Origin: Candidatus Latescibacterota bacterium
Lineage (GTDB): Bacteria; Krumholzibacteriota; Krumholzibacteriia; WVZY01
Reading direction: 5' to 3'
Assembly (NCBI GenBank): GCA_963791045.1
Contig: CAWBQK010000011.1
Coordinates: 128,001 to 192,000, forward strand
Length of the DNA: 64,000 nt
Of this stretch, positions 1 to 8,532 are shown piece after piece. The position numbers were made by a program, and so were the translations under genes. The notes under the pieces were generated by a model. The model made no database searches. It was not told where the DNA came from and saw only the letters and a program-made list of their open reading frames with translations. The first letter of the stretch is position 1, and each line of letters opens with the position of its first letter.

Positions 1-1404
1 ACACCCTCGGTGGAGGAACAGCAGCGTCTCTGCGATGTGCTGATCGTCCCCGATATGGAGAATGTCAACCTGTCCGACTTCGGCGAGGCGGGGATGATCA
101 TCGCCCGCGGCGAAGAAGCCGCGAGGGCGATCCTGCCGCGTCTGCAGGCGCTTGCCGATTCGTTGAACGCGCTATCACCATCGGCGCCGCCGGTCGAGCG
201 TACCCCGGTTGAGTCATTTCATCTCATCGGTGTGGATGTCGATGGTCTGCAGAACGTCTCCGAAAAGATCGTCCGGAGCGAATTGGGCATCCGGGTTCCA
301 AATTCGTTCAAACCCGAGGATATCGAGATCGCCGTTGGCCGCGTCTACGGGACGCAGCTCTTCGAGCGCGTCGACAGCCGTGTCGACGATTATGGAGACG
401 GATCGCGGCTGGTTGTGAAACTCAAGGAAAATACGGGAAACACGCTTGGAGTCGGCCTGCGATTTGATACGAGGCGAGATGCGTCTCTGCTCCTCGACGC
501 GAGTTTTCGGAATCAACTTGGCGGCGCGGGTACCCTGGCGTTGACCGCGATCATCCGCGATGAGTATGAGTTCGAGGCGAGATACTTCGCTCATCTCGGA
601 TTTATGCGTGCCCTCGGTGCGAAAGCACGTGTCGACGCGCGGAGAATCAATATGAACCTGCTCGAAGACGGCCAGGTGCAGGCTGGATTCCGGTCACATT
701 ATTATTTTGGTGAGCTCGCGTTGGGGTCTATTTTCTCGACCCGCATGTCCGTGGGCGGTGGCGCCCGTGTGGAGTATTTCAACAACGATGTGACTGTTGG
801 CTCTCCGGATCTCGATGATCGATCTGAGTTTTACATTCCGTTCTTCGCGTCAATCATTGTTGACTCCTTCGACCGCACGGTTTTCCCACGGTCCGGGGTG
901 TACGTTGAACTGACGGCGGAAGTCGCCGACGCCCACGTTGGGAGTGATTCGACTTTTTCCAGGATATTTTTTGATTGGCGCGCGGCGATTCGCGTGAGCA
1001 AATCGGTGTCGATCCTCCAGGATCTCTATGTTGGAACGGCCTATGGGTCGAACGTGCCCCTTGCCTACAATTTCTTTCTTGGCGGGAATGACGAGCGATT
1101 CACCCTTCTGGGAAAGGAACAATCGTTCCTAGGCGTGGAGCGCCAGGAGCGGGTTGGGCGCCACGCGCAACTGGTCAAGCTGGGTGTGCAGTGGGAAGTC
1201 CTTCACGGAAAGTACATTCAGGCCTTCTGGAACGCGGGGAACACGTTTGAAGGGGCCGAACTGGAGTTCGGTAAAGGCCGATACATTAACGGCGGAGGGG
1301 TCAATCTCGGAATGGATACCCTGCTCGGGCCCATCGAGTTTGCCATGATGACGAGTTCGATACACAACTTTTTGACATATTTTTCGTTTGGGTATAAGTT
1401 CTAG
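1..1404 (+). CDS. Patatin-POTRA-Omp85 (type Vd/PlpD-like) outer-membrane protein, 5'-truncated by the window
   Basis: N-terminal DVLIVPD...SDF...IIARGEEAA resembles the end of a patatin domain; POTRA-like segment (GLQNVSEK...VYGTQLFERV); barrel motifs DSFDRTVFPRSG, FFLGG, TLLGPI and C-terminal FSFGYKF. Confidence 0.8.
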   Translation, partial: TPSVEEQQRLCDVLIVPDMENVNLSDFGEAGMIIARGEEAARAILPRLQALADSLNALSPSAPPVERTPVESFHLIGVDVDGLQNVSEKIVRSELGIRVPNSFKPEDIEIAVGRVYGTQLFERVDSRVDDYGDGSRLVVKLKENTGNTLGVGLRFDTRRDASLLLDASFRNQLGGAGTLALTAIIRDEYEFEARYFAHLGFMRALGAKARVDARRINMNLLEDGQVQAGFRSHYYFGELALGSIFSTRMSVGGGARVEYFNNDVTVGSPDLDDRSEFYIPFFASIIVDSFDRTVFPRSGVYVELTAEVADAHVGSDSTFSRIFFDWRAAIRVSKSVSILQDLYVGTAYGSNVPLAYNFFLGGNDERFTLLGKEQSFLGVERQERVGRHAQLVKLGVQWEVLHGKYIQAFWNAGNTFEGAELEFGKGRYINGGGVNLGMDTLLGPIEFAMMTSSIHNFLTYFSFGYKF

Positions 1405-1425
1405 CAACGCATCAACTGGGAAGGG

Positions 1426-2553
1426 GTGATAAGCGTGGCCGTTGACGGCGAAGAACGGGTTCTTGGGAGAACATTGCCTCACATGCACCCGTGGGTCAGA
1501 TTCGGTCTCCTGCTCCTGCTTTTATACGCGTTTTTTGTCAGTATTTCGCTGATGGGCGCGTCGTTCAAATTTTTTGGCAAGGGGTTTGCCGAAAAGTTGC
1601 TTATGACGACGTCGAATCCCTTTGCGGGGTTGTTCATCGGCGTCCTTGCGACCAGTCTCGTTCAGAGTTCTTCCACGATCACGTCTATGGTCGTCGCTCT
1701 TGTTGCCGGCGGCGCGCTAAACGTTGCCGGGGCAATCCCGATTGTGATTGGGTCGAATATCGGGACGAGTGTCACCAACACGCTTGTTTCGATCGGACAC
1801 ATATCACGGCCCAGCGAGTTCCGGCGTGCGTTCGCCGCGGCGACGATCCACGACTTTTTCAACCTGATGGCCGTTCTCATTATATTCCCGCTCCAGCTCA
1901 TGACCAATTACCTCGGAGCGACATCCTCTTTTCTCTCCCATCGTCTCCAGGAGTCGGGCGGTTTTGAGCTCATCAACCCGTTGAAGCTCATCGTGAGTCC
2001 CTCGGTCAAAATGATAACGAAACTTACCGGGGAATCGGGAATCTTGATGCTCATAATTGCGGTCATTCTTTTGTTCGTCGCGTTGCGCTACATTGTTGTC
2101 AACTTGAAGGCGCTTGTAATCGGCAGGGTCGAGCAGTTTTTTGACAAGACCCTCTTCAAGAACAGTTTTACGGCGCTTTTGCTGGGTCTTGCACTGACGG
2201 TGATGGTTCAGAGCAGCTCCATCACGACCTCCCTGGTTGTTCCGTTGGCCGGTGCGGGGATTCTGACGCTCACGCAGATATTCCCATTCGCTTTGGGGGC
2301 AAACGTGGGAACGACGATAACGGCGATCCTGGCGTCGCTGGTCACGGGTAGCGAAGCGGCGGTAACCGTGGCGTTTGCCCATCTTTTTTTCAACTTGACG
2401 GGAATCGTGCTGGTCTGGCCGATAAAAAAGGTGCCGATATTTATGGCGGAGACGCTTGCGGCGGCCGCCTTGAAATCCAGGTGGATACCCCTTCTCTATA
2501 TATTAGTGGTGTTTTTCGCCATACCCGGACTTCTAATCTATTTTGTGAGGTGA
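1426..2553 (+). CDS. Na+/Pi cotransporter (NptA/SLC34 family)
   Basis: Two QSSS motifs plus GSNIGTSVT and GANVGTTIT; hydrophobic; start may be ATG at 1483. Confidence 0.9.
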   Translation: MISVAVDGEERVLGRTLPHMHPWVRFGLLLLLLYAFFVSISLMGASFKFFGKGFAEKLLMTTSNPFAGLFIGVLATSLVQSSSTITSMVVALVAGGALNVAGAIPIVIGSNIGTSVTNTLVSIGHISRPSEFRRAFAAATIHDFFNLMAVLIIFPLQLMTNYLGATSSFLSHRLQESGGFELINPLKLIVSPSVKMITKLTGESGILMLIIAVILLFVALRYIVVNLKALVIGRVEQFFDKTLFKNSFTALLLGLALTVMVQSSSITTSLVVPLAGAGILTLTQIFPFALGANVGTTITAILASLVTGSEAAVTVAFAHLFFNLTGIVLVWPIKKVPIFMAETLAAAALKSRWIPLLYILVVFFAIPGLLIYFVR

Positions 2554-2559
2554 TCGACT

Positions 2560-3237
2560 ATGTTCAGATTCAAAGAACTTATCGAATTGTGGAGGTCGGA
2601 CAACCTACTGACCCAGGCCTTGAACGACTCCAACATCATGCTCAAAAGCACCTACGAGATGTTCAAAGAATCGGTCCGATCGCTTCGCCAAAGCGATGGC
2701 GGCGAAATGGCGATGGACATCTATGAAAAAGACAGGATGGTCAATGAGTACGAACAGGAAGTGCGGCGTAAAGTGCTCAAGCATCTTGCCATCACCGGCG
2801 GGGTCAATATCATCCCGGGGTTGATCCTGACGAGCATCGTTATTGATATTGAGCGTATCGGCGATTACACAAAAAACATAATGGAACTGGCCGTGGCACA
2901 CCCCAAGAGGCTCGAAACGGGCCAGTTCGAGGAGGATGTCAAAAAAATAGAGGATGGTGTGACAAAACTTTTCGAAGAAATCATTCCCGTGCTCGAGACC
3001 TCAGACAAAGAAGCGGCCATCGCGCTCATTGACGACAGCCTGTGGATCATCGCGAAGTGCGACGCGATTGTCGAACATCTAATCAAAAACGAAATGCCGG
3101 AATTCACCACATCGACGGCCGTATCCGTGGCCATATACGTGCGATATCTCAAGAGGGTCGCCGCACACTTGAGAAATATCACATCGGGTATCGTCAACCC
3201 GTTCGAGCGAATCGGCTTCAGAGTGGAAGACGACTAG
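2560..3237 (+). CDS. PhoU-domain protein
   Basis: DIERIGDYTKNI and YLKRVAAHLRNI PhoU-like repeats; 6 bp after the Pi transporter. Confidence 0.85.
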   Translation: MFRFKELIELWRSDNLLTQALNDSNIMLKSTYEMFKESVRSLRQSDGGEMAMDIYEKDRMVNEYEQEVRRKVLKHLAITGGVNIIPGLILTSIVIDIERIGDYTKNIMELAVAHPKRLETGQFEEDVKKIEDGVTKLFEEIIPVLETSDKEAAIALIDDSLWIIAKCDAIVEHLIKNEMPEFTTSTAVSVAIYVRYLKRVAAHLRNITSGIVNPFERIGFRVEDD

Positions 3238-3259
3238 TGAGGGACCGCCCTTCCGCCCG

Positions 3260-4153
3260 TTAGGAAATTGAAGGGCGCGTGCGGCCCGTCTTCTGAAGAA
3301 TGACCGCCGCTACGATGATGGCGAGACCCACGATGGTGGATGGGAGAATCTCCTCCCCGACGAGAAAGTGGATGAACACGAGCGAGAAGAAAGGAGCGAC
3401 AAAAATCAAAATGCTCACGCGGGCCGTGTTTTCGGATAACCGGAGCGCCATGAGCCATAACACGAATGTGATACTCATTTCAAAGAGCCCCACATAGGCG
3501 ACGCCGATGAGACCGCGCACATCCGCGATAAACGGAGTCGAAAGCGCCAGGCACGCGGCGAATGACAACGGAAGCGCAAAGAAAAAACCCAGAAAAAGAC
3601 ACACAACCGGATCGCGACGATCGCTCGTGTTGAAGATCCAATAAAGCGCCCACAAAGCGGCGCTCCCAAGCGCGAGTCCAACACCCACCGGATTCGACAA
3701 ACGATACCCAAAGACATCGCCATGCGTGGAAATCACAAACACACCGGCGTACCCGAGAAGGAGCGCGAAGATATCCCTGCCGCTGAGCTTTTGTTTGAGA
3801 AGCGGAACGGAGAGAAGCGGGAGGACGAGCCCCCATGTGAAATTGAGCGGCTGCGCTTCCTGGGCGGGAAGCAGGTCGTACGCTTTGAATAGGATCAGGT
3901 AATACACAAACGGGTTCAGCGCGCCGAGAAGGAACGAGCGGAGGTACTCGCGGCGGGAGCACGATAAAACAAGCGCGAGCTTATTCTGTGAGACGAGGAT
4001 GATTCCCAGTACGAGTGTTGAGAAAAAACACGAGTGGAAGACAAGCTGGGCGGGGTCGACGTATCGAAGGGTGAGTTTGAAAGCCGCCGCGACGGTGGAC
4101 CACAAAAAGACGGCGGCAAGCGCAAACAGGTATCCCTTGTTCTGGTTTCGCAT
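3260..4153 (-). CDS. DMT/EamA family transporter
   Basis: About 10 TM segments; LWSTVAAAFK and LVGEEI motifs. Confidence 0.85.
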   Translation of the reverse strand: MRNQNKGYLFALAAVFLWSTVAAAFKLTLRYVDPAQLVFHSCFFSTLVLGIILVSQNKLALVLSCSRREYLRSFLLGALNPFVYYLILFKAYDLLPAQEAQPLNFTWGLVLPLLSVPLLKQKLSGRDIFALLLGYAGVFVISTHGDVFGYRLSNPVGVGLALGSAALWALYWIFNTSDRRDPVVCLFLGFFFALPLSFAACLALSTPFIADVRGLIGVAYVGLFEMSITFVLWLMALRLSENTARVSILIFVAPFFSLVFIHFLVGEEILPSTIVGLAIIVAAVILQKTGRTRPSIS

Positions 4154-4203
4154 GTGTTTCGCTTCGAGTCCCGGACGGGCAGGTGAGCGCCGGGCGGGTG
4201 TCG

Positions 4204-5076
4204 TTACGTGTCGAAATCCCGGTCCCGCCGTTTCCGGGATATGTCTTCGAGTTGGCGCCTTTCCTTGTCGGTCAGGCTGTCCATCCCATCCGTCGATATC
4301 TTGTCGAGGATCCTCGCAAGCGCCTCATCTTCGGCTTCCTGACGTTTTGAATCGAATCGCTCTTTCTGTTCCGAGACGACGGCCCGGAGTCCAGAGCGGC
4401 GCTTTCCCTCCAGAACTCGCAGGTATGGTGGTTTTTTCAAGAAGTAATAGAGAAGCGTCACACTAAGAATGACGACCACGGCAAAAAGTACGGGGCTTTG
4501 CGTCACGATGTCGGGATGGAGAAAGGCTGTGACGGCGAGTCCGACGATCGCGCCGCCGAGATGGGCGTCATGGCCGATGTTGCCCGTCTGTCTTCGCATT
4601 CCGAAGAATGTAATGATGATAAATATTATCGCGTACACCGATGTCGGGATTGGGACGGGTATGGGAAAGATAAACACACTCCCGCCCGGGAGAAGGAAGA
4701 TCGAGGCGAAGATGACGCCACACACGCCCCCCGACGCGCCGATCGCGCGATACTCGTGACCCTTGTGGAGGTAGAGCGAGAGGATGCTTCCCCCGAGAAC
4801 GCTCGATATGTAGATGACGGCGAGGGTCATTAAACCGAAGACCATCTCGATGTAGCGCGCAAAGAAATAGAAACTGAACATGTTAAAAAGAAGGTGCGTC
4901 CACCCCGTGTGAACGAGGGCGCTGGACACCATCCGGTAATACTCCTTGTACGCGTGGATGCGTCCCGTCGAGAAAAGGAGCCGGTCAACCAGCGATGGGT
5001 ACTTGATTCCGCGATACGTCACATAGGTGGTGACGAGAATCACGGCAAAAGTCAGATATGGGATCGAGTTACTCAT
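4204..5076 (-). CDS. Rhomboid intramembrane serine protease with short C-terminal domain (DUF6576-like)
   Basis: HLLFNM, GASGG (catalytic Ser), HDAHLGG; C-terminal ILDKISTDGMDSLT. Confidence 0.9.
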   Translation of the reverse strand: MSNSIPYLTFAVILVTTYVTYRGIKYPSLVDRLLFSTGRIHAYKEYYRMVSSALVHTGWTHLLFNMFSFYFFARYIEMVFGLMTLAVIYISSVLGGSILSLYLHKGHEYRAIGASGGVCGVIFASIFLLPGGSVFIFPIPVPIPTSVYAIIFIIITFFGMRRQTGNIGHDAHLGGAIVGLAVTAFLHPDIVTQSPVLFAVVVILSVTLLYYFLKKPPYLRVLEGKRRSGLRAVVSEQKERFDSKRQEAEDEALARILDKISTDGMDSLTDKERRQLEDISRKRRDRDFDT

Positions 5077-5207
5077 GGTCGTCGAAGGTCATTATACATC
5101 AATACATTATCCGTGTGCCCGGACAAAATCGGAGAATCGAAATGGTTCCATTGAGCGGGTTTGAGTGCTGCAAACAGCGCCAATATCCAAATCGGAGCGT
5201 TTTTGAC

Positions 5208-5236
5208 TTGTTGTTATAAGACCAACGTCTCATAAT
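5208..5236 (+). promoter_or_regulatory. Putative sigma70 promoter of the TetR gene with overlapping operator palindrome
   Basis: TTGTTG(5208)-N17-CATAAT(5231); inverted repeat TTATAAGAC-caac-GTCTCATAA at 5214-5235. Confidence 0.55.
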
Positions 5237-5242
5237 GAGTAT

Positions 5243-5854
5243 ATGGTATCACAAAATGACCTCAAAACAGGCAGAATCAACCAGAAACAACGGACGCGGC
5301 AAGCGCTGATCGAAGCCGCCGGCGAGATCATTCGCGCAGGGAGGACGCCGGGGCTTTCGGAGGTGACCCGCGCGGCGATGGTTTCGAGGGCGACCTTCTA
5401 TCGGTATTTCCCGAGTATCGATTCGTTGGTGATGGAGGCGACGCGAAGTGACTCCTCGATCCTGGGGGCCGATCTCTTTCCGGATCTGGTCGATGCATCG
5501 GCGGGCGACCGGGTGGCCCGGGTTCACGACGCCCTGTTCGATCTCGTTTCGCAAAACGAGGCCCAGTTCAGACTGCGGCTGCGGTCGTCCCTGGAGCCCC
5601 GGTCGGACGTTACCGGAACCGCACGGGACGCGCGGCGAATTCCCCTTCTTGAACGGGCGCTCGATCCGGTCTGCGGGCAGCTCGATGACGCCATGTATGA
5701 CAGGTTGGTGTACGCGTTGTCGGTGATGGTCGGAGCGGAAGCGTTTGTCGCGCTCGCGGACGTGTGTCTTCTCGAACCCGGGCATGCGAAGGAAATTATG
5801 AACTGGGCGGTGAAGACTCTGACGGACGCGGTCCTGGGCGGCGGCTGCCGTTAG
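5243..5854 (+). CDS. TetR/AcrR family regulator
   Basis: N-terminal HTH: RTRQALIEAA...VSRATFYRYFPS. Confidence 0.9.
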   Translation: MVSQNDLKTGRINQKQRTRQALIEAAGEIIRAGRTPGLSEVTRAAMVSRATFYRYFPSIDSLVMEATRSDSSILGADLFPDLVDASAGDRVARVHDALFDLVSQNEAQFRLRLRSSLEPRSDVTGTARDARRIPLLERALDPVCGQLDDAMYDRLVYALSVMVGAEAFVALADVCLLEPGHAKEIMNWAVKTLTDAVLGGGCR

Positions 5855-5905
5855 AAACGGCAGGGCCCGGGTGTCGCCCGGCGGGAGAGCGCCCTTCACG
5901 GCGCG

Positions 5906-6385
5906 CTAGATAAATGTTTTGAGAATTTGTTTGTGCATCCCCTGGAGTTCGTCGTACGCCTCGTTGATCTCCCCGATTTTTTCCTGAAGCTTCTTGAGGA
6001 GTTGTGACCTCTCCAGGCCATTCCGCACGATGATCAAAAGGTCATCGTTGTCCCAGGGTTTTTCAATATACTGGAAGAGCCCCACTTCATTGATTGCTTT
6101 GATCGCGTTTTCTTTGTCGGCATAACCGGTAAGAATGACGCGGGGGACATCCGGTCTTATCTTTCGCACTTCACCCAGAAAAGTGATTCCATCCATTTCC
6201 GGCATCAAGTAGTCCGACACGACCAGGTCGACGTCGTTGTCTTTGATAAAGGACAACGCTTCCTTTGGGTTCTTGAAACTTTTCACCACGTAATCGGTTT
6301 CCAGGTTGAGAAACGATTGAAGCGATGTAAGAACCATTTCCTCGTCATCCACGAGTATGATAACGGCCTGATTGCTTTCCGCCAT
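5906..6385 (-). CDS. Response regulator (receiver domain plus short coiled coil)
   Basis: LVDDE, SDYLMPEMDG (phospho-Asp), LTGY, KPW. Confidence 0.92.
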   Translation of the reverse strand: MAESNQAVIILVDDEEMVLTSLQSFLNLETDYVVKSFKNPKEALSFIKDNDVDLVVSDYLMPEMDGITFLGEVRKIRPDVPRVILTGYADKENAIKAINEVGLFQYIEKPWDNDDLLIIVRNGLERSQLLKKLQEKIGEINEAYDELQGMHKQILKTFI

Positions 6386-6399
6386 GAATTCCTCCTAGA

Positions 6400-7977
6400 T
6401 CATTGAATCGGCAATAATATACGAAATGTGGTTCCTTTTCCAACTTCACTCGTGACTTCAATCGATCCGTTGTTGTCCTGAACAATCTGGTACACGATGG
6501 ATAGCCCCAGCCCGGTTCCGACGCCCGACCCCTTTGTGGTGAACCCCGGATCGAATATCCGCTCGAGATCTTCGCTCGGGATCCCTTTGCCCGTGTCGCG
6601 GATTTCAACAACAACATTGTCATCCCGTGTGTATGTGTCCACGAAAATATCGCCTTTGCCCTCGATCGCCTGGCTCGCGTTGACGAGAATATTCATAAAA
6701 ACCTGGTTGATCTGGTTCGGGTAGCAGGTTACAGAGGGCAGCTTTCCGTAGTTCTTATGGACCTCTATCCGGTTTTTCAGTTCATGGTGGACCAGCGTGA
6801 GCGTGCTCTCGAGGCCTTCGTGGAGGTCGACCTTATCCTGTTCCGCCTCGTCGAGGCGCGCGAATTTTCTGAGGCTGCGGACGATACTCACGATGCGTTC
6901 CATCGCGTTTTTGTTGATGCTGTTCAGATCCTCGATGCTCGACATGATTTTCATCAGTCCCGGATCCTCGCGAATTTCGCAGGGTATCTCGGGCGCGTCG
7001 ATAATTAGTTTGAGTTTTGCGAGCGCGCGAATCAAAAGATCGTTATTGCTTTTGAGAGCGCCAAGCGGCGTGTTGATCTCATGGGCGACACCGGCGACGA
7101 GATGGCCGAGCGCCGCCATTTTCTCGGACTGAACCAGTTGGGTCTGTTTGTTCCGAAGTTCGAGCGTGCGCTCTTCGACTTTGCGTTCGAGGTCGGCGTT
7201 CGCCTTTTCGAGCTCTTTCTCGAGTTTCAGTCGTTCGGTCACATCGTGAACGACCTGGAGTTCCGACCACGTGTCATCGAGGTTTTTGTAATAGCTTATT
7301 GTGAACTGAAAAACCTTGCCGTCGGGGTAGTATCGCTCTTCGGCATAGACGCCCGTGTCGTCGACGGTGATATGTTTGCAGACCGAACAGTCGTCCGGAT
7401 GATCGAACCAGGTGTACTGTTTCCGCTCGCCTCCGTCCAGGCCGAACATTTCTTTCAACTTTTTGTTCTCGAACTCGACCACCGGCGCGGTGTTTATCCC
7501 TTTTCTCACACCAAGGCCCACGGGCATCATGTCGAGTATATGCTCGAAGTAATCGCGTTGAGCCGTGTGGAATCCCTCGAGCGTTCTTCTTTCCGTTACA
7601 TCGCGGCAGATCCTCTGGATGATCCTCTTATCACCGTATGAAATGACCGATGCGGTGACATCGACGGACAGGAGTTTTCCGGACTTTGTCAAAAAATGAA
7701 CGTCAACGCACGATCCGCCGCCCGTTGTGGAGACCTCTTTGAACAGTTTCTTCGCGGCCTCGTGTTCGGTGGAGGGGTGGGTCTCCCATGCTTTCATCCC
7801 AAGCAGTTCGGCTTCGTCGTATCCCGTCATCGCCACGGCTCTTGGGTTGGCCTCGAGAATCATTCCCGTATCGATGTCGATGGCGAAGATCGCATCACTC
7901 GCGTGCTCGATCATCTTGCGGTACTTTTCCTCGGATTCGCGAAGCTGCTCAAATTCTTTGTCGTTTATATTTGTCAT
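6400..7977 (-). CDS. Cytoplasmic PAS-domain sensor histidine kinase
   Basis: PAS/PAC region; AHEINTPL H-box; NILVNA, DTGKG, FTTK and GTGLGL boxes; no TM segment seen. Confidence 0.92.
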   Translation of the reverse strand: MTNINDKEFEQLRESEEKYRKMIEHASDAIFAIDIDTGMILEANPRAVAMTGYDEAELLGMKAWETHPSTEHEAAKKLFKEVSTTGGGSCVDVHFLTKSGKLLSVDVTASVISYGDKRIIQRICRDVTERRTLEGFHTAQRDYFEHILDMMPVGLGVRKGINTAPVVEFENKKLKEMFGLDGGERKQYTWFDHPDDCSVCKHITVDDTGVYAEERYYPDGKVFQFTISYYKNLDDTWSELQVVHDVTERLKLEKELEKANADLERKVEERTLELRNKQTQLVQSEKMAALGHLVAGVAHEINTPLGALKSNNDLLIRALAKLKLIIDAPEIPCEIREDPGLMKIMSSIEDLNSINKNAMERIVSIVRSLRKFARLDEAEQDKVDLHEGLESTLTLVHHELKNRIEVHKNYGKLPSVTCYPNQINQVFMNILVNASQAIEGKGDIFVDTYTRDDNVVVEIRDTGKGIPSEDLERIFDPGFTTKGSGVGTGLGLSIVYQIVQDNNGSIEVTSEVGKGTTFRILLPIQ

Positions 7978-8005
7978 CGTAACTGGTTGTTGAGAATGTG
8001 CTCCC

Positions 8006-8455
8006 TCAGGATCCGGGCTTTTGTCCGATGTCGACGCCCACCCTGTTCAGAAGTCCGCGCAATCGGCCGACGAGAGATTTCAGGACCCCCTCGATAATTT
8101 GGACGTGATCCGACAAGATGTCGAGAAAATCCTCGCGATAAATACGCAGAACGCGGGTTTCCTCCGTTGCCGTTGCCGTCGTGACCCTCGGAGTGTCGTC
8201 AAAAAGAGCCCAGGTGCCAAAGGCGTCTTTGGATGCGACGACGGCGATTTCCTCTCCATCCCGATCGAGTCGGACGGTCCCGTCGAGGACTACAAAGAGG
8301 GCGTCCGATGGGTCCTCATATTTGTAAATGACTTCGTCGGGCGCGTACGACGCCTCATCCGCGATGGCGGCAAGGTGGGAGAGCTGCTCGGTTGGAATAT
8401 CCGCGAACACTTCGACGTTCTGGAGAAAGATCACTTTTTCGATAATTGTGAGCAT
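8006..8455 (-). CDS. Stand-alone cyclic-nucleotide-binding (Crp/CAP effector-like) protein
   Basis: ATG at 8455 after AAAGGA; EKVIFLQNVEVF, LFVVLDGTV, FGTWALFDDTPRVTTATA. Confidence 0.85.
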   Translation of the reverse strand: MLTIIEKVIFLQNVEVFADIPTEQLSHLAAIADEASYAPDEVIYKYEDPSDALFVVLDGTVRLDRDGEEIAVVASKDAFGTWALFDDTPRVTTATATEETRVLRIYREDFLDILSDHVQIIEGVLKSLVGRLRGLLNRVGVDIGQKPGS

Positions 8456-8532
8456 CCGTTTTCCTTTTCTCTGGGACAATTTTGTTGTCACGCCGCGAGG
8501 ATCCGAGAGAACCCTCCCCGCGCCGCGGCCGG

